DNA of 64,000 nt from an uncultured virus (IMG/VR IMGVR_UViG_3300021371_000010) (Duplodnaviria; Heunggongvirae; Uroviricota; Caudoviricetes). The notes under the pieces were generated by a model. That model was not told the origin of the DNA and did no database searches. It was given only the letters and a program-made list of their open reading frames with translations. The DNA is taken from IMG/VR virus record IMGVR_UViG_3300021371_000010, positions 1-64,000 of that record; one strand, written 5' to 3'. The position numbers and the translations under genes are program-made. Positions 29,591 through 38,869 of the stretch are shown piece by piece (position 1 is the first letter of the stretch; each line of letters starts with the position of its first letter).

Positions 29591-31171
29591 ATGAAACCAG
29601 ATTACGAAACCACCCTTGCTCAATTAAAAGACCTAGACAAAGGCGATAAGACTTATGTACATCTAGGCAGTTTTGATGCTGATAAAGAGTATAAAGAAAC
29701 AGATGCATATAAACTATTGAAGTATGTCTTTGAGAATAAATTAGATTCACTTAAACGTGTGAAATGGAAAGACATATCAAAACTGCAAAGTACTAGACTA
29801 GGCAAATTTGGCGATCAAATGAAATTGAATAGTTATGGTATGATGCAACATCAATCATATATCTACAATCATTATCTTCCATTTGGTTACACACAAATAA
29901 TGGATCCTGAAAGAAATATTAAGGGTCAGATGATTATGGATTTTATGAATCATGATGGAGAATATGAAAGTCTTGCTAAGTATTCTAACTTCGAAGGATT
30001 GACATGTGATCAAAATACAGACTATGTGAGAGATCAATTAGGAAGTTTCTATTATCATGCGGCCAAAGGTCACTGGTTAATTCACAATTTACAGAAAGAG
30101 GGATTGTGGTTTCCAATTCAAGGACAGATCAATAAGAATGGTGACAGTGCTAGTTTACAAATACACCCAGGTTCTATACGTACTCCAGTATTTGAGTTAT
30201 TGAATGATGATAATTTAGAAGTTCTTTTATACAATGACAAAGATATGTTTCCAGATGTTGCACCATTAGAACTAGATGAATACTTAGAACAGATAATAGA
30301 AGAAGTAGATATTCATGGATCACATTCTAATATATCTTTTGCTTACAGTATGGGTTATATTGAAACTAATTTAAGTCTTCAATCTAAAAGAGATTTCAGA
30401 AAAGAAGTATACGACTTCAATAAAAAAGTTAGTGAACAAGTTAAAGGTAAAAGAGTAACTATCTACATTGGTTATGATAGTCGTCATTCTAATTTAGCAG
30501 AGCAAAGTAAAGCATTGATAGAAAGAATGATTGAAAAGAATACTTCATGTTTGGGTGGCGTAAACACGTCTGACCCAATCAAAGCAGTATCAGACTGGAA
30601 ACCAGAAGTTAAACTTTTAGATATATCAAAAATACCAGAGTATACTAGAGAGTATGCTAATCAATCAACAGAATTTACATATAGTAGATTTCTTATCCCT
30701 CATTTAGAAAATTATGAAGGGTATAGTATATTCGTAGACGATGACTACATCTTTAGAAAGTCTATACTACCATTCTTTTTATTTTTAAATCCCGACGATG
30801 CAGTAGCATGTGTTCAATATGATTTTGATAATCATGGCGAGACAAAGTTTGATGGAGAAAAGAACGTTTCTTATCCTAAAAAACTATGGTCAAGTTTCAT
30901 GGTATTCAATAACGGACACGAAGACTGTAAAAAACTAACACCAGAAACTGTAAACTCAGAATCTGGTAAGTATCTACATCAATTTGAGTGGACAGATAAG
31001 ATCAGTAAAATACCAGACTTTCATTTTGTGACAGAAGGGTATGATCACTTAGATGATAAACCACAAGCATTTGCGATACATTATACACGTGGTGGTCCAT
31101 GGATAAAAGACATGGATACCAGCAACATAAATATGTTAAACATATATGATATGTTAACAGACACCGATTAG
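29591..31171 (+). CDS. Glycosyltransferase (GT-A, GT8-like C-terminal domain) with an extra N-terminal domain
   Basis: IYIGYDSR, STEFTYSRFLIP, FVDDD (DxD), YPKKLWSSFMVFN and IHYTRGGPW motifs. Preceded by CATAAATA (29552-29559). Confidence 0.8.
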   Translation: MKPDYETTLAQLKDLDKGDKTYVHLGSFDADKEYKETDAYKLLKYVFENKLDSLKRVKWKDISKLQSTRLGKFGDQMKLNSYGMMQHQSYIYNHYLPFGYTQIMDPERNIKGQMIMDFMNHDGEYESLAKYSNFEGLTCDQNTDYVRDQLGSFYYHAAKGHWLIHNLQKEGLWFPIQGQINKNGDSASLQIHPGSIRTPVFELLNDDNLEVLLYNDKDMFPDVAPLELDEYLEQIIEEVDIHGSHSNISFAYSMGYIETNLSLQSKRDFRKEVYDFNKKVSEQVKGKRVTIYIGYDSRHSNLAEQSKALIERMIEKNTSCLGGVNTSDPIKAVSDWKPEVKLLDISKIPEYTREYANQSTEFTYSRFLIPHLENYEGYSIFVDDDYIFRKSILPFFLFLNPDDAVACVQYDFDNHGETKFDGEKNVSYPKKLWSSFMVFNNGHEDCKKLTPETVNSESGKYLHQFEWTDKISKIPDFHFVTEGYDHLDDKPQAFAIHYTRGGPWIKDMDTSNINMLNIYDMLTDTD

Positions 31172-31175
31172 TCTA

Positions 31176-31204
31176 TTGACTAATCAATACATTTGGAGTA
31201 TAAT
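31176..31204 (+). promoter_or_regulatory. Sigma70-type promoter
   Basis: TTGACT-17 nt-TATAAT, with the ATG 9 nt downstream. Confidence 0.65.
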
Positions 31205-31213
31205 TAAAAGATT

Positions 31214-31765
31214 ATGAATATGTTTATATACGATGAAAATGGAAATCTAACTATTCGAAAAGAGAGTGGTTTAGAATACTCATTTGACAATACAGATAAA
31301 CCAGTCCTTGGTTTTGACTACGATGTACTAATCTATGATGAAATAGAAGTTAAGATTACTAATTGGGAAGAGGGTAAACACTTTGACGATCAAGTCAAAC
31401 AGAACCTAACTCCTGAAGAATGTGATTCTATTGAGTTGTATATTAAGAACTCAGAACCACCTATGGGGTTCTCATTGAATCAACAACTATCAGAGAGATT
31501 GAATATGGCATGTAAGGATTACATTGTCCAAGCAATTCAAGAATATGGTTTTACTGATTTAACAGAGATCACTTATGCTGGTCGTGAAGGTTCAAATCAC
31601 CCTCTAAGATCAGATGCTAGATATTGCTTAGATTATTGTGATACTGTTTGGGGTGTTTATATGAATATTGTTGAAGAAATTAGAAACACTAGAGAAGATA
31701 CACTAAAAAGTTTCGAAGAGTATCTTGCACCAATTCCTGGTGCTTCACGGAACTTAATGAGATAA
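31214..31765 (+). CDS. Hypothetical protein, possibly a fibre-assembly chaperone
   Basis: C-terminal AIQEYGF.D...YA...HP.RSDA....YCD.VW resembles phage tail-fibre assembly proteins. Recalled pattern only. Confidence 0.45.
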   Translation: MNMFIYDENGNLTIRKESGLEYSFDNTDKPVLGFDYDVLIYDEIEVKITNWEEGKHFDDQVKQNLTPEECDSIELYIKNSEPPMGFSLNQQLSERLNMACKDYIVQAIQEYGFTDLTEITYAGREGSNHPLRSDARYCLDYCDTVWGVYMNIVEEIRNTREDTLKSFEEYLAPIPGASRNLMR

Positions 31766-32466
31766 TGCAGTGTCGTCCGCTTGACGAACCTATCGAACAG
31801 TTAAGTGTTGAATATATAGATCAACCATTTCAAATATCAGAACTACCTTTAGATAGAGTATACGTCTTAGATAACTATTTGCCATTGACCGTATGGCGAA
31901 AGATGGATCAGTTATGTACAGATAATATGATCTGGTCTAAAACAAATCAAGTTGGTTCACAAAGTCCTACAGGATTACCTTCTCATAGTTTTTGGGGTTC
32001 AAGTATTTTTCAAAAGAATAGACGACCTGATACTATCAATTCAGGCGTAATTCATTTCATGGATATCATCGACAAGAAGATTCAAAATGATTTTGGATTT
32101 GAGTGGTTAAGATTTCAATATATGGGTTTAAATTCACAGACAGCAGGTTGTCATGGTACAACTCATTCAGATTGTGATAAAGATGATGTTTGGAATTTAT
32201 CGTTTCTTTTTTACTATAATAGTTTTTGGAATCCAGCATGGGGTGGTAGTTTAAGATTTTATGACTCACCTCAACAAGGATTAGATGGTCGTGATGAACA
32301 CATAGAGAATCATCAACTCGCAGAAGTTGAATTCAAACCAAATAGATTGCTTATGTTTGATGGTAGAATACCACACGGAGCAGATGCACCCAAAGAACGT
32401 GCCAGATATATGGACAGAAGGTCGTTAGTTTTGAGGGGCGATGAAGTAAAACTCACTCATGTATAA
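31765..32466 (+). CDS. 2OG-Fe(II) oxygenase (prolyl-hydroxylase-like)
   Basis: HSD, W...WGG.L.F, FKPNRLLMFDGRIPH and distal R motifs. Confidence 0.85.
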   Translation: MQCRPLDEPIEQLSVEYIDQPFQISELPLDRVYVLDNYLPLTVWRKMDQLCTDNMIWSKTNQVGSQSPTGLPSHSFWGSSIFQKNRRPDTINSGVIHFMDIIDKKIQNDFGFEWLRFQYMGLNSQTAGCHGTTHSDCDKDDVWNLSFLFYYNSFWNPAWGGSLRFYDSPQQGLDGRDEHIENHQLAEVEFKPNRLLMFDGRIPHGADAPKERARYMDRRSLVLRGDEVKLTHV

Positions 32467-33022
32467 AGTAGTAGACAGTCAGTTCATAATCGATAATCAT
32501 GCAGAGTTAGAGTACACTGCAACACAAATATGTAAACAGTATATGCCCTTTCTAAGTCAAGATGAATATGCAGGTACATTTAAAAAGGGTGGTGGAGACT
32601 ATACAGAAAATCACGATACATATAATATATGGTCACTACTTAGAGATTTTAAAATTTGGCAACCAGTATATGAAGAAGTCACTGATACTATAAAAAGTTG
32701 CTATGACGGTCCGAGTGATTATCTTTATCTAAAATCATGGATCAATTATAGTGAGGGTAAAGAGTTATTAGGTTGGCATGGTCATAATTGTAAGTTACAT
32801 GGATATGTTTCAATAACTCCTCATAAAACTACTACTGAGTTTGAAAGATTTGAAGTAGAAAATAAAATCGGTAGAATTTATGTAGGACCAGGTATATATT
32901 TACATAGAGTAAATATTGTTAAACCATTTACAGGAAAAAGAATAACAATTGGTTTTGATGTATATGACAACGTAGATCATTCTAGAAGACCGCTAAATAC
33001 AATACCAATAAGAGTACACTAA
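32459..33022 (+). CDS. Putative 2OG-Fe(II) oxygenase (HxH type)
   Basis: SWIN, WHGH, HGYV, LHRV and RITIGFD motifs. Confidence 0.65.
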   Translation: MYKVVDSQFIIDNHAELEYTATQICKQYMPFLSQDEYAGTFKKGGGDYTENHDTYNIWSLLRDFKIWQPVYEEVTDTIKSCYDGPSDYLYLKSWINYSEGKELLGWHGHNCKLHGYVSITPHKTTTEFERFEVENKIGRIYVGPGIYLHRVNIVKPFTGKRITIGFDVYDNVDHSRRPLNTIPIRVH

Positions 33023-33924
33023 TGCCACATATAGATTTCATAACAAACAGTAAAGATACACTTAGAGATTTCAAACCAGTTCTTGCAAAATCTATTATGC
33101 CCGAATGGTGGAAGAAAGGAAAAATTGATCAGTATATACGTGGTGAATTTGTTCAAACTATCAGAGCATGTCCTGCCATGGACGATTGGACTAAATCAGG
33201 ATATTACATCGTAGCAAATAGAGACTTTAAAATTCTTGCTGGTGAAGAAAGAATACATGAAGAAGCAAATACTATTGGTGCTTTAGATACATCAGGACAT
33301 TTGTATGAATCACAGTCACACCCTAAAGATCAGATGTTTAATACATTTGAATATCTAGGCGATGATGGACCAGTTAAAGATGCATTTAAAATGAGAAATC
33401 CATGGAACGTCAAAACACCTCCTGGTTATTCGACTTTATACTTAGACCCGTTCTTATTTCAAGGAAGAGCATTTGCGGCATGGCAAGGCATTATAGATAC
33501 TGATAAGATGCATGTCAATCAAGACAACGCACAGATAATATTTTATCCAAGATTCAATACAAGTTTTACAATTAAAAAGGGTACACCTTTAGTTCAATGT
33601 ATTCCATTTAAAAGAGAAGAGTGGCATGCATCTTTTCAATATCAAGACCCTAAAACATTTCATGAAAATAGATCTGGTCCTAAAGAACATGGTGGAATAT
33701 CTAACGAAGATGTATTGTCAGTAGATTATTGGAATAGATGTGGTAGATACGACCAAGATGTTATGGACGGAAAAACTCAGAGAGATGAAAGAAAAAAAGG
33801 CACTATGAAAATGGGTCCTTATAGAACTGAAGGTTATTGGACAGAAAAGTCAAAGTTCTTTAAGACTATGGAAGAAGTTACACCACCACCTGAGTGTCCT
33901 ATGCACAAGAGTGAGGAAGAATAA
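33022..33924 (+). CDS. Conserved hypothetical protein (DUF6065-like), often beside oxygenases
   Basis: PEWWK, TIRACPAMDD, FKMRNPW.VKTPPGYS and IKKGTPLVQCIPFKRE motifs. Confidence 0.5.
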   Translation: MPHIDFITNSKDTLRDFKPVLAKSIMPEWWKKGKIDQYIRGEFVQTIRACPAMDDWTKSGYYIVANRDFKILAGEERIHEEANTIGALDTSGHLYESQSHPKDQMFNTFEYLGDDGPVKDAFKMRNPWNVKTPPGYSTLYLDPFLFQGRAFAAWQGIIDTDKMHVNQDNAQIIFYPRFNTSFTIKKGTPLVQCIPFKREEWHASFQYQDPKTFHENRSGPKEHGGISNEDVLSVDYWNRCGRYDQDVMDGKTQRDERKKGTMKMGPYRTEGYWTEKSKFFKTMEEVTPPPECPMHKSEEE

Positions 33925-34631
33925 TGAGTACAGTACACTATCTATTTCCTAGTTTTGTTTTTGAAAGAGATTTCTTAGGCAGACATCAACATGTCGAACC
34001 ATCTATGAACGAAGACTACTTCGAGCAGTTAAAAAATGAAATCGATTCTATGAGAAAGAAAGATCCAGTTGGTAGAAGAGTTTCAAATGCATATACAGGT
34101 TGGCAATCACATGATGGTTGCGATAATAATCCTGCTTTTATCAAATGTATAAGATCAATCAAACGTATGATGAGAGACGAAGTAATGTTGCACTTAGGTG
34201 TAAAGAGTGGGTTTCAAGTAGAGTTTCATAATTGTTGGGCAAACATAAACGATAATATGGCATGGAATAGACCACATTTACACAATGGTTGCTTTATGAG
34301 TGGTGTCTTATATATTAAAGCAGATGGTGATGAAGGAAACTTCAGTGCAATCGATACAGATGCAAGAGTTGTTGGTGCCCATCCTGTCATGCCAAAAATG
34401 AAAGAGTCAGTACAGTTTCAACCTAGAACTGGTACGATGTATTTATTTCCTAGTGGGTTGATGCATATGGTCGAACCTAATCTAACTGATAAAGATAGAT
34501 ACAGTATATCTTTTAACATGAATGTTGTTCAGAATAATTTAAAGATTGGCAGTGTCGACGAGAACGATTTTACTGAAGATAATCATAGTTTATCATGGGA
34601 ATTAGACGAGCAGGGCAAACTGATTATCTAA
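33924..34631 (+). CDS. Putative 2OG-Fe(II) oxygenase (TIGR02466-like)
   Basis: GWQS, WANIN, PHLH, SGVLYI, LFPSGLMHMVEPN and RYSISFN motifs. Confidence 0.8.
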   Translation: MSTVHYLFPSFVFERDFLGRHQHVEPSMNEDYFEQLKNEIDSMRKKDPVGRRVSNAYTGWQSHDGCDNNPAFIKCIRSIKRMMRDEVMLHLGVKSGFQVEFHNCWANINDNMAWNRPHLHNGCFMSGVLYIKADGDEGNFSAIDTDARVVGAHPVMPKMKESVQFQPRTGTMYLFPSGLMHMVEPNLTDKDRYSISFNMNVVQNNLKIGSVDENDFTEDNHSLSWELDEQGKLII

Positions 34632-34640
34632 ATAGTTACT

Positions 34641-34901
34641 ATGGAAATAGTAGTAGATGCACACATTGTCTGGAACTTAATACTCACTTGTATATTTTTA
34701 CCAATGGGGTTCTTGGTACGTTCAGTACTAGCAGAACAAAAAAGACTAGACATATTAGTTAACAAGACTAGAGAAGAGATTGCTAAAGAGTACGTTACAA
34801 GAGAGCAACTCGAAAAAGACTTACAGAAACTTATCGACACTATGGAAAGAATCGACGAGAAGTTAGATAAACTACAGACCAAAACATATTTCCAAGACTA
34901 G
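34641..34901 (+). CDS. Small membrane-anchored coiled-coil protein
   Basis: N-terminal hydrophobic helix, then ..EYVTRE..coiled coil. Preceded by TCTAAATAGTTACTATG. Confidence 0.6.
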   Translation: MEIVVDAHIVWNLILTCIFLPMGFLVRSVLAEQKRLDILVNKTREEIAKEYVTREQLEKDLQKLIDTMERIDEKLDKLQTKTYFQD

Positions 34902-34913
34902 ACTCCCAAAACA

Positions 34914-34921
34914 TATAAATA
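34914..34921 (+). promoter_or_regulatory. Late promoter TATAAATA
   Basis: Exact consensus upstream of gp13. Confidence 0.8.
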
Positions 34922-34946
34922 GTAGTATTAGACAGGAAATACTACT

Positions 34947-35762
34947 ATGGCAAAACCAACCACTAGAGCAGAATTAAAAGAATACATCAAAAGAAAACTT
35001 GGTGCTCCTGTACTTGAAATCAACGTTGATGATGATCAGTTAGATGATAGAGTAGACGAAGCATTACAGTATTTCTATACGTACCATTATGATGGTACTA
35101 TGAAAGTGTATCTAAAGCATTTAATTACATCGACTAAAAAAGAGACTATGAAGACCAACGAAACGTTCACAGAGAACGCCGCTGGTACTCATGCGTATAC
35201 AGACGAACAAGTATTGCAACAACAAAACTATGTTGTCTTGCCAGATTTTGTAACTGCCGTAGTCAACATCTTTCCATTTCACGATAAAAATAATTTAAAC
35301 ATGTTCGATCTTAGATATCAATTAAGATTGAATGACCTCTATGATCTAACAGCAACAAATATTCTATATTACGAACAAGTTCAACAACACATCTCATTGA
35401 TGGATAGAATGTTAGTTGGTAGACAACCAATTAGATATAATCAACACATGAATAGATTATACTTAGATTTAGATGTTGACTCTATTTCAGATGATGAGTA
35501 CATACTAATTGAATGTTATAGAAAGATAGACCCGACAACATTTACAGATGTATACGATGATATGTGGTTAAAGAAATATGCTACAGCATTAGTCAAGTAT
35601 CAATGGGGTGAAAACTTAAGTAAGTTCCAAGGTATAGCATTACCAGGTGGGGTTACACTAGATGCTTCACAAATGAAACAGGAAGCACAGGAAGAAATTC
35701 AAAGATTAGAAGAAGAGTCAAGACTGAATCATGAAATGCCAGTTCTTGATATGATAGGTTAA
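34947..35762 (+). CDS. gp13: Neck protein gp13
   Basis: LGAPVLEINVDDDQ and WLKKYATALVKYQWGENLSKF.G..LPGGVTL motifs. Confidence 0.95.
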   Translation: MAKPTTRAELKEYIKRKLGAPVLEINVDDDQLDDRVDEALQYFYTYHYDGTMKVYLKHLITSTKKETMKTNETFTENAAGTHAYTDEQVLQQQNYVVLPDFVTAVVNIFPFHDKNNLNMFDLRYQLRLNDLYDLTATNILYYEQVQQHISLMDRMLVGRQPIRYNQHMNRLYLDLDVDSISDDEYILIECYRKIDPTTFTDVYDDMWLKKYATALVKYQWGENLSKFQGIALPGGVTLDASQMKQEAQEEIQRLEEESRLNHEMPVLDMIG

Positions 35763-35764
35763 TT

Positions 35765-36616
35765 ATGCCAACAAATGTATTTTTCAACCATGCAGTAAAT
35801 ACTGAGCAACATCTTTATGAAGATATTGTTGTTGAGTCTTTAAGAATGTATGGCCATGATTTGTATTATCTACCAAGAGAGATAATCGAAGAAGATTCTA
35901 TATTGAATGAAGATGTTCAATCTAGATTTGGCGATGCATACTCAGTTGAGATGTACATTGAAAACACAGATGGTTTCGAAGGCGAAGGCGATCTTATGTC
36001 AAAGTTTGGCGTACAGATAAGAGACCAAGCAACATTCATTATCTCTCTCAGATCATGGGAAAGATTTATCTCATTGGATACTAATCTTGCATCATCACTT
36101 AGACCAAACGAAGGCGATCTGATCTATTTCCCTTTGTCTGGCGGGTTATTTGAGATTAAGTTTGTAGAACATGAAGACCCGTTCTATCAAGTAGGAAAAC
36201 TATTTGTGTTCAAACTAAGATGTGAATTGTTCGAATACAGTGGTGAAGATTTCGATACAGATATTGCAGTGATCGACCAAGTAGAAGATGAACAAGCATA
36301 TACAATTAGTATGACTATGGGTGCTGGTTCAGGTAACTATGCAGTAAACGAAAATGTTAAACTCAATGGTTCTGTAGTTGGTGAAGTTGTCAGATGGGTA
36401 GACAATGGTAATAAGTTAACAATTAAAGATAATGCTCAAACTCTTGCAGTAGATGATACACTTGTTGGAGATTTATCTGAAGCATCGTATGTAATTAGTA
36501 GCATCGATGATACTATGACATTTGAAAATGATGGATCAGCACAGAACAAAGACTTTGAAGACAAAGACTCTTCATACTTAGACTTAAGTGAAGTGAATCC
36601 ATTTGGAGAACCATAA
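35765..36616 (+). CDS. gp14: Neck protein gp14
   Basis: EQHLYED...E, YYLPRE, SKFG, RPNEGDLIYFP, FEIKFVEHE.PFYQ.GK and terminal NPFGE motifs. Confidence 0.95.
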   Translation: MPTNVFFNHAVNTEQHLYEDIVVESLRMYGHDLYYLPREIIEEDSILNEDVQSRFGDAYSVEMYIENTDGFEGEGDLMSKFGVQIRDQATFIISLRSWERFISLDTNLASSLRPNEGDLIYFPLSGGLFEIKFVEHEDPFYQVGKLFVFKLRCELFEYSGEDFDTDIAVIDQVEDEQAYTISMTMGAGSGNYAVNENVKLNGSVVGEVVRWVDNGNKLTIKDNAQTLAVDDTLVGDLSEASYVISSIDDTMTFENDGSAQNKDFEDKDSSYLDLSEVNPFGEP

Positions 36617-37665
36617 TGTTCGGAACATATTTTTACAATGAAACTATAAAAAGGTGTGTATCAGTATTTGGTACATGCTTTAATAATCTCACATATAAAA
36701 AAATTAAAGGAGATGGTACTGTTCTAGCAGAGAACAGAGTACCTATTTCATATGGTCCTGGTCATGCATATCTAAGAAGACTAAGAGAAGAACCAGACTT
36801 ATCAGATAAGAATAGAACAGCAATCAGTCTACCTAGAATGGCATTTCAATTGATGGGTTTTACATATGATCAGCAAAGACAACAAAACAAATTAATTAAG
36901 ACAAATAAAACGTCACTTGAAACAACAGGGACTAGTAGAAAGTTTCAATACGCACCTGCACCATATGATTTAGAATTTGAATTGTCAATTCTAGCATACA
37001 ATCAAAATGATGCTTTACAAATTATAGAACAAATTTTACCTTACTTTCAACCAGAATACACAGTTACTATGAAGATGATCGATGACTTAACAGAAGTCAG
37101 AGATGTGCCTATCGTTTTAACAGGTGTATCGATGAATGATGATTATGAAGGTGACTTCGAGACACGAAGAACTATTGAATATACTATGAACTTTACTATG
37201 AAGACATACTTCTTTGGACCTATCTATACAGGTAATATCATTAGAAACGTTATCGAAAGAGACTACATTAATGATAGTTCAGGTCAATTCACTACATCAC
37301 AAATTGATGAATCTGGTCTTGTTAAAGAAGTTAAACATTATGAACCTGCCTTTGGCGAGTTATGTAATCCAGTAGAAAACTCACAAACAATCACTTTCCC
37401 AACTGCTATAAATAGTAAGATAAGTGTTGATGATGAAGTGTTCTATACGGGATATGAGGGAACTAACCCCCTAGTCTCTAGCATTGCAAGTGATAGATTG
37501 TCTATTACTATTAATCAAAACGTAACTATAGATAATGCTAAGACACTTATGTTTGTTGGTTCAGTAGATCCATCAGACACGTTTGTTGTAGCAGAACAAG
37601 TATCCTTCTCAAACGAAGCAGGATTTACAACATACGCAGAAGATAAAGTTAGTGACGCCAGTTAA
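36616..37665 (+). CDS. gp15: Tail sheath stabiliser / completion protein gp15
   Basis: MFGTYFYNE, VPISYGP, LPRMAF and QIIEQILPYFQP motifs. Has a C-terminal extension. Confidence 0.92.
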   Translation: MFGTYFYNETIKRCVSVFGTCFNNLTYKKIKGDGTVLAENRVPISYGPGHAYLRRLREEPDLSDKNRTAISLPRMAFQLMGFTYDQQRQQNKLIKTNKTSLETTGTSRKFQYAPAPYDLEFELSILAYNQNDALQIIEQILPYFQPEYTVTMKMIDDLTEVRDVPIVLTGVSMNDDYEGDFETRRTIEYTMNFTMKTYFFGPIYTGNIIRNVIERDYINDSSGQFTTSQIDESGLVKEVKHYEPAFGELCNPVENSQTITFPTAINSKISVDDEVFYTGYEGTNPLVSSIASDRLSITINQNVTIDNAKTLMFVGSVDPSDTFVVAEQVSFSNEAGFTTYAEDKVSDAS

Positions 37666-37680
37666 GGCATTGAAATAATT

Positions 37681-38094
37681 ATGGAAAATGTAGATCAAAA
37701 ACTGAACGATATCATGGGTATCGAATCAGAAATCAAAACAGAGACAGCAGAAGTAGTCAAGAAAGTACCTGTGAGAGCAGATAATATTGAAACAGACTAT
37801 AGATATGCTAGAGAAAATCTGTACTCTCTTGTCGAAAGAGGACAAGATGCTATTGATGGCATCTTAGAACTATCAAAAGAAACTGAACACCCTAGAGCAT
37901 ATGAAGTCGCAGGGCAATTAATTAAAACTGTTTCAGATACAGCAGAGAAACTTATTGATCTACAGAAGAAACTTAAGGATATAGAAGGTGAGTCTCAAGT
38001 AAAGACTCAACACAATCATCTATATGTTGGTTCAACATCTGAACTCCAAAAGTTTTTGAAGAAGTCTAAAAAAAATGAAACTGAAGAAACCTGA
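37681..38094 (+). CDS. gp16: Terminase small subunit gp16
   Basis: DYRYARENL, HPRAYEVAGQLIK and VGSTSELQK motifs. Confidence 0.93.
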   Translation: MENVDQKLNDIMGIESEIKTETAEVVKKVPVRADNIETDYRYARENLYSLVERGQDAIDGILELSKETEHPRAYEVAGQLIKTVSDTAEKLIDLQKKLKDIEGESQVKTQHNHLYVGSTSELQKFLKKSKKNETEET

Positions 38095-38869
38095 TAAAGA
38101 AGATTTATATTTCTCAATACCACACTTTGAACTCTGGCACTCAGTGTTCGATGCTGAAAGAACTCATGCTTACGAAGAGTGGATAAAAAACAACGTCAAA
38201 GATAAGGTTGTTATCGATCTAGGATCGGGAAGTGGTATATTATGCTATCTTGCATGGAAATATGGTGCAAAGAAAGTGTATGGTATAGAACTAGGCAAAG
38301 AACGTGCCGAAATGTCTAGACGTATATTACCAGACGATATAGAAATAATTACTGGTGATATAGAAACTCATGAACTACCAGAATGTGATATCTATCTACA
38401 TGAAAACTTCTCATCTAACTTAGTAGCAGAGATTGGTGTGTTCATAACTGAGAGAGCAGTGAAAGAGGGATGGGCAGACAAAATATATCCTAACATGATG
38501 ACATTATATGATGTTGATATTATTGAAGAAGAAAGACTACAAACAAAAATCGATCCAAATACCTATGAAGGTGGAACACAAGAGTTTATAGAATTACTTG
38601 AACTAGAAGGTGTATTACCAGATAAATTTGGCACTAGATTAAATACTAATATTAAAATTAATTCTAAGGTATGGGAAGGTAAATTCATAGATTTATATAA
38701 TGACTACGGTCCTGCACTAACTAGACCAGACTTAAATTATCTGGGTTGGGAATCATCTTTTGATGGCAAACATATTATAACAAACTTTAGTGGAAAAGAA
38801 ACACACTGGAACATACACAAATGGCGTAAAAGATTAACATCTTTTTCACCAGATGGTGCTGAAGAATAA
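38075..38869 (+). CDS. SAM-dependent methyltransferase, protein-arginine-methyltransferase (PRMT)-like
   Basis: D.ERT.AY, VIDLGSGSG (motif I), VYGIE (post-I), HENFSSNLVAE (E-x8-E) and ETHW. Confidence 0.75.
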   Translation: MKLKKPDKEDLYFSIPHFELWHSVFDAERTHAYEEWIKNNVKDKVVIDLGSGSGILCYLAWKYGAKKVYGIELGKERAEMSRRILPDDIEIITGDIETHELPECDIYLHENFSSNLVAEIGVFITERAVKEGWADKIYPNMMTLYDVDIIEEERLQTKIDPNTYEGGTQEFIELLELEGVLPDKFGTRLNTNIKINSKVWEGKFIDLYNDYGPALTRPDLNYLGWESSFDGKHIITNFSGKETHWNIHKWRKRLTSFSPDGAEE

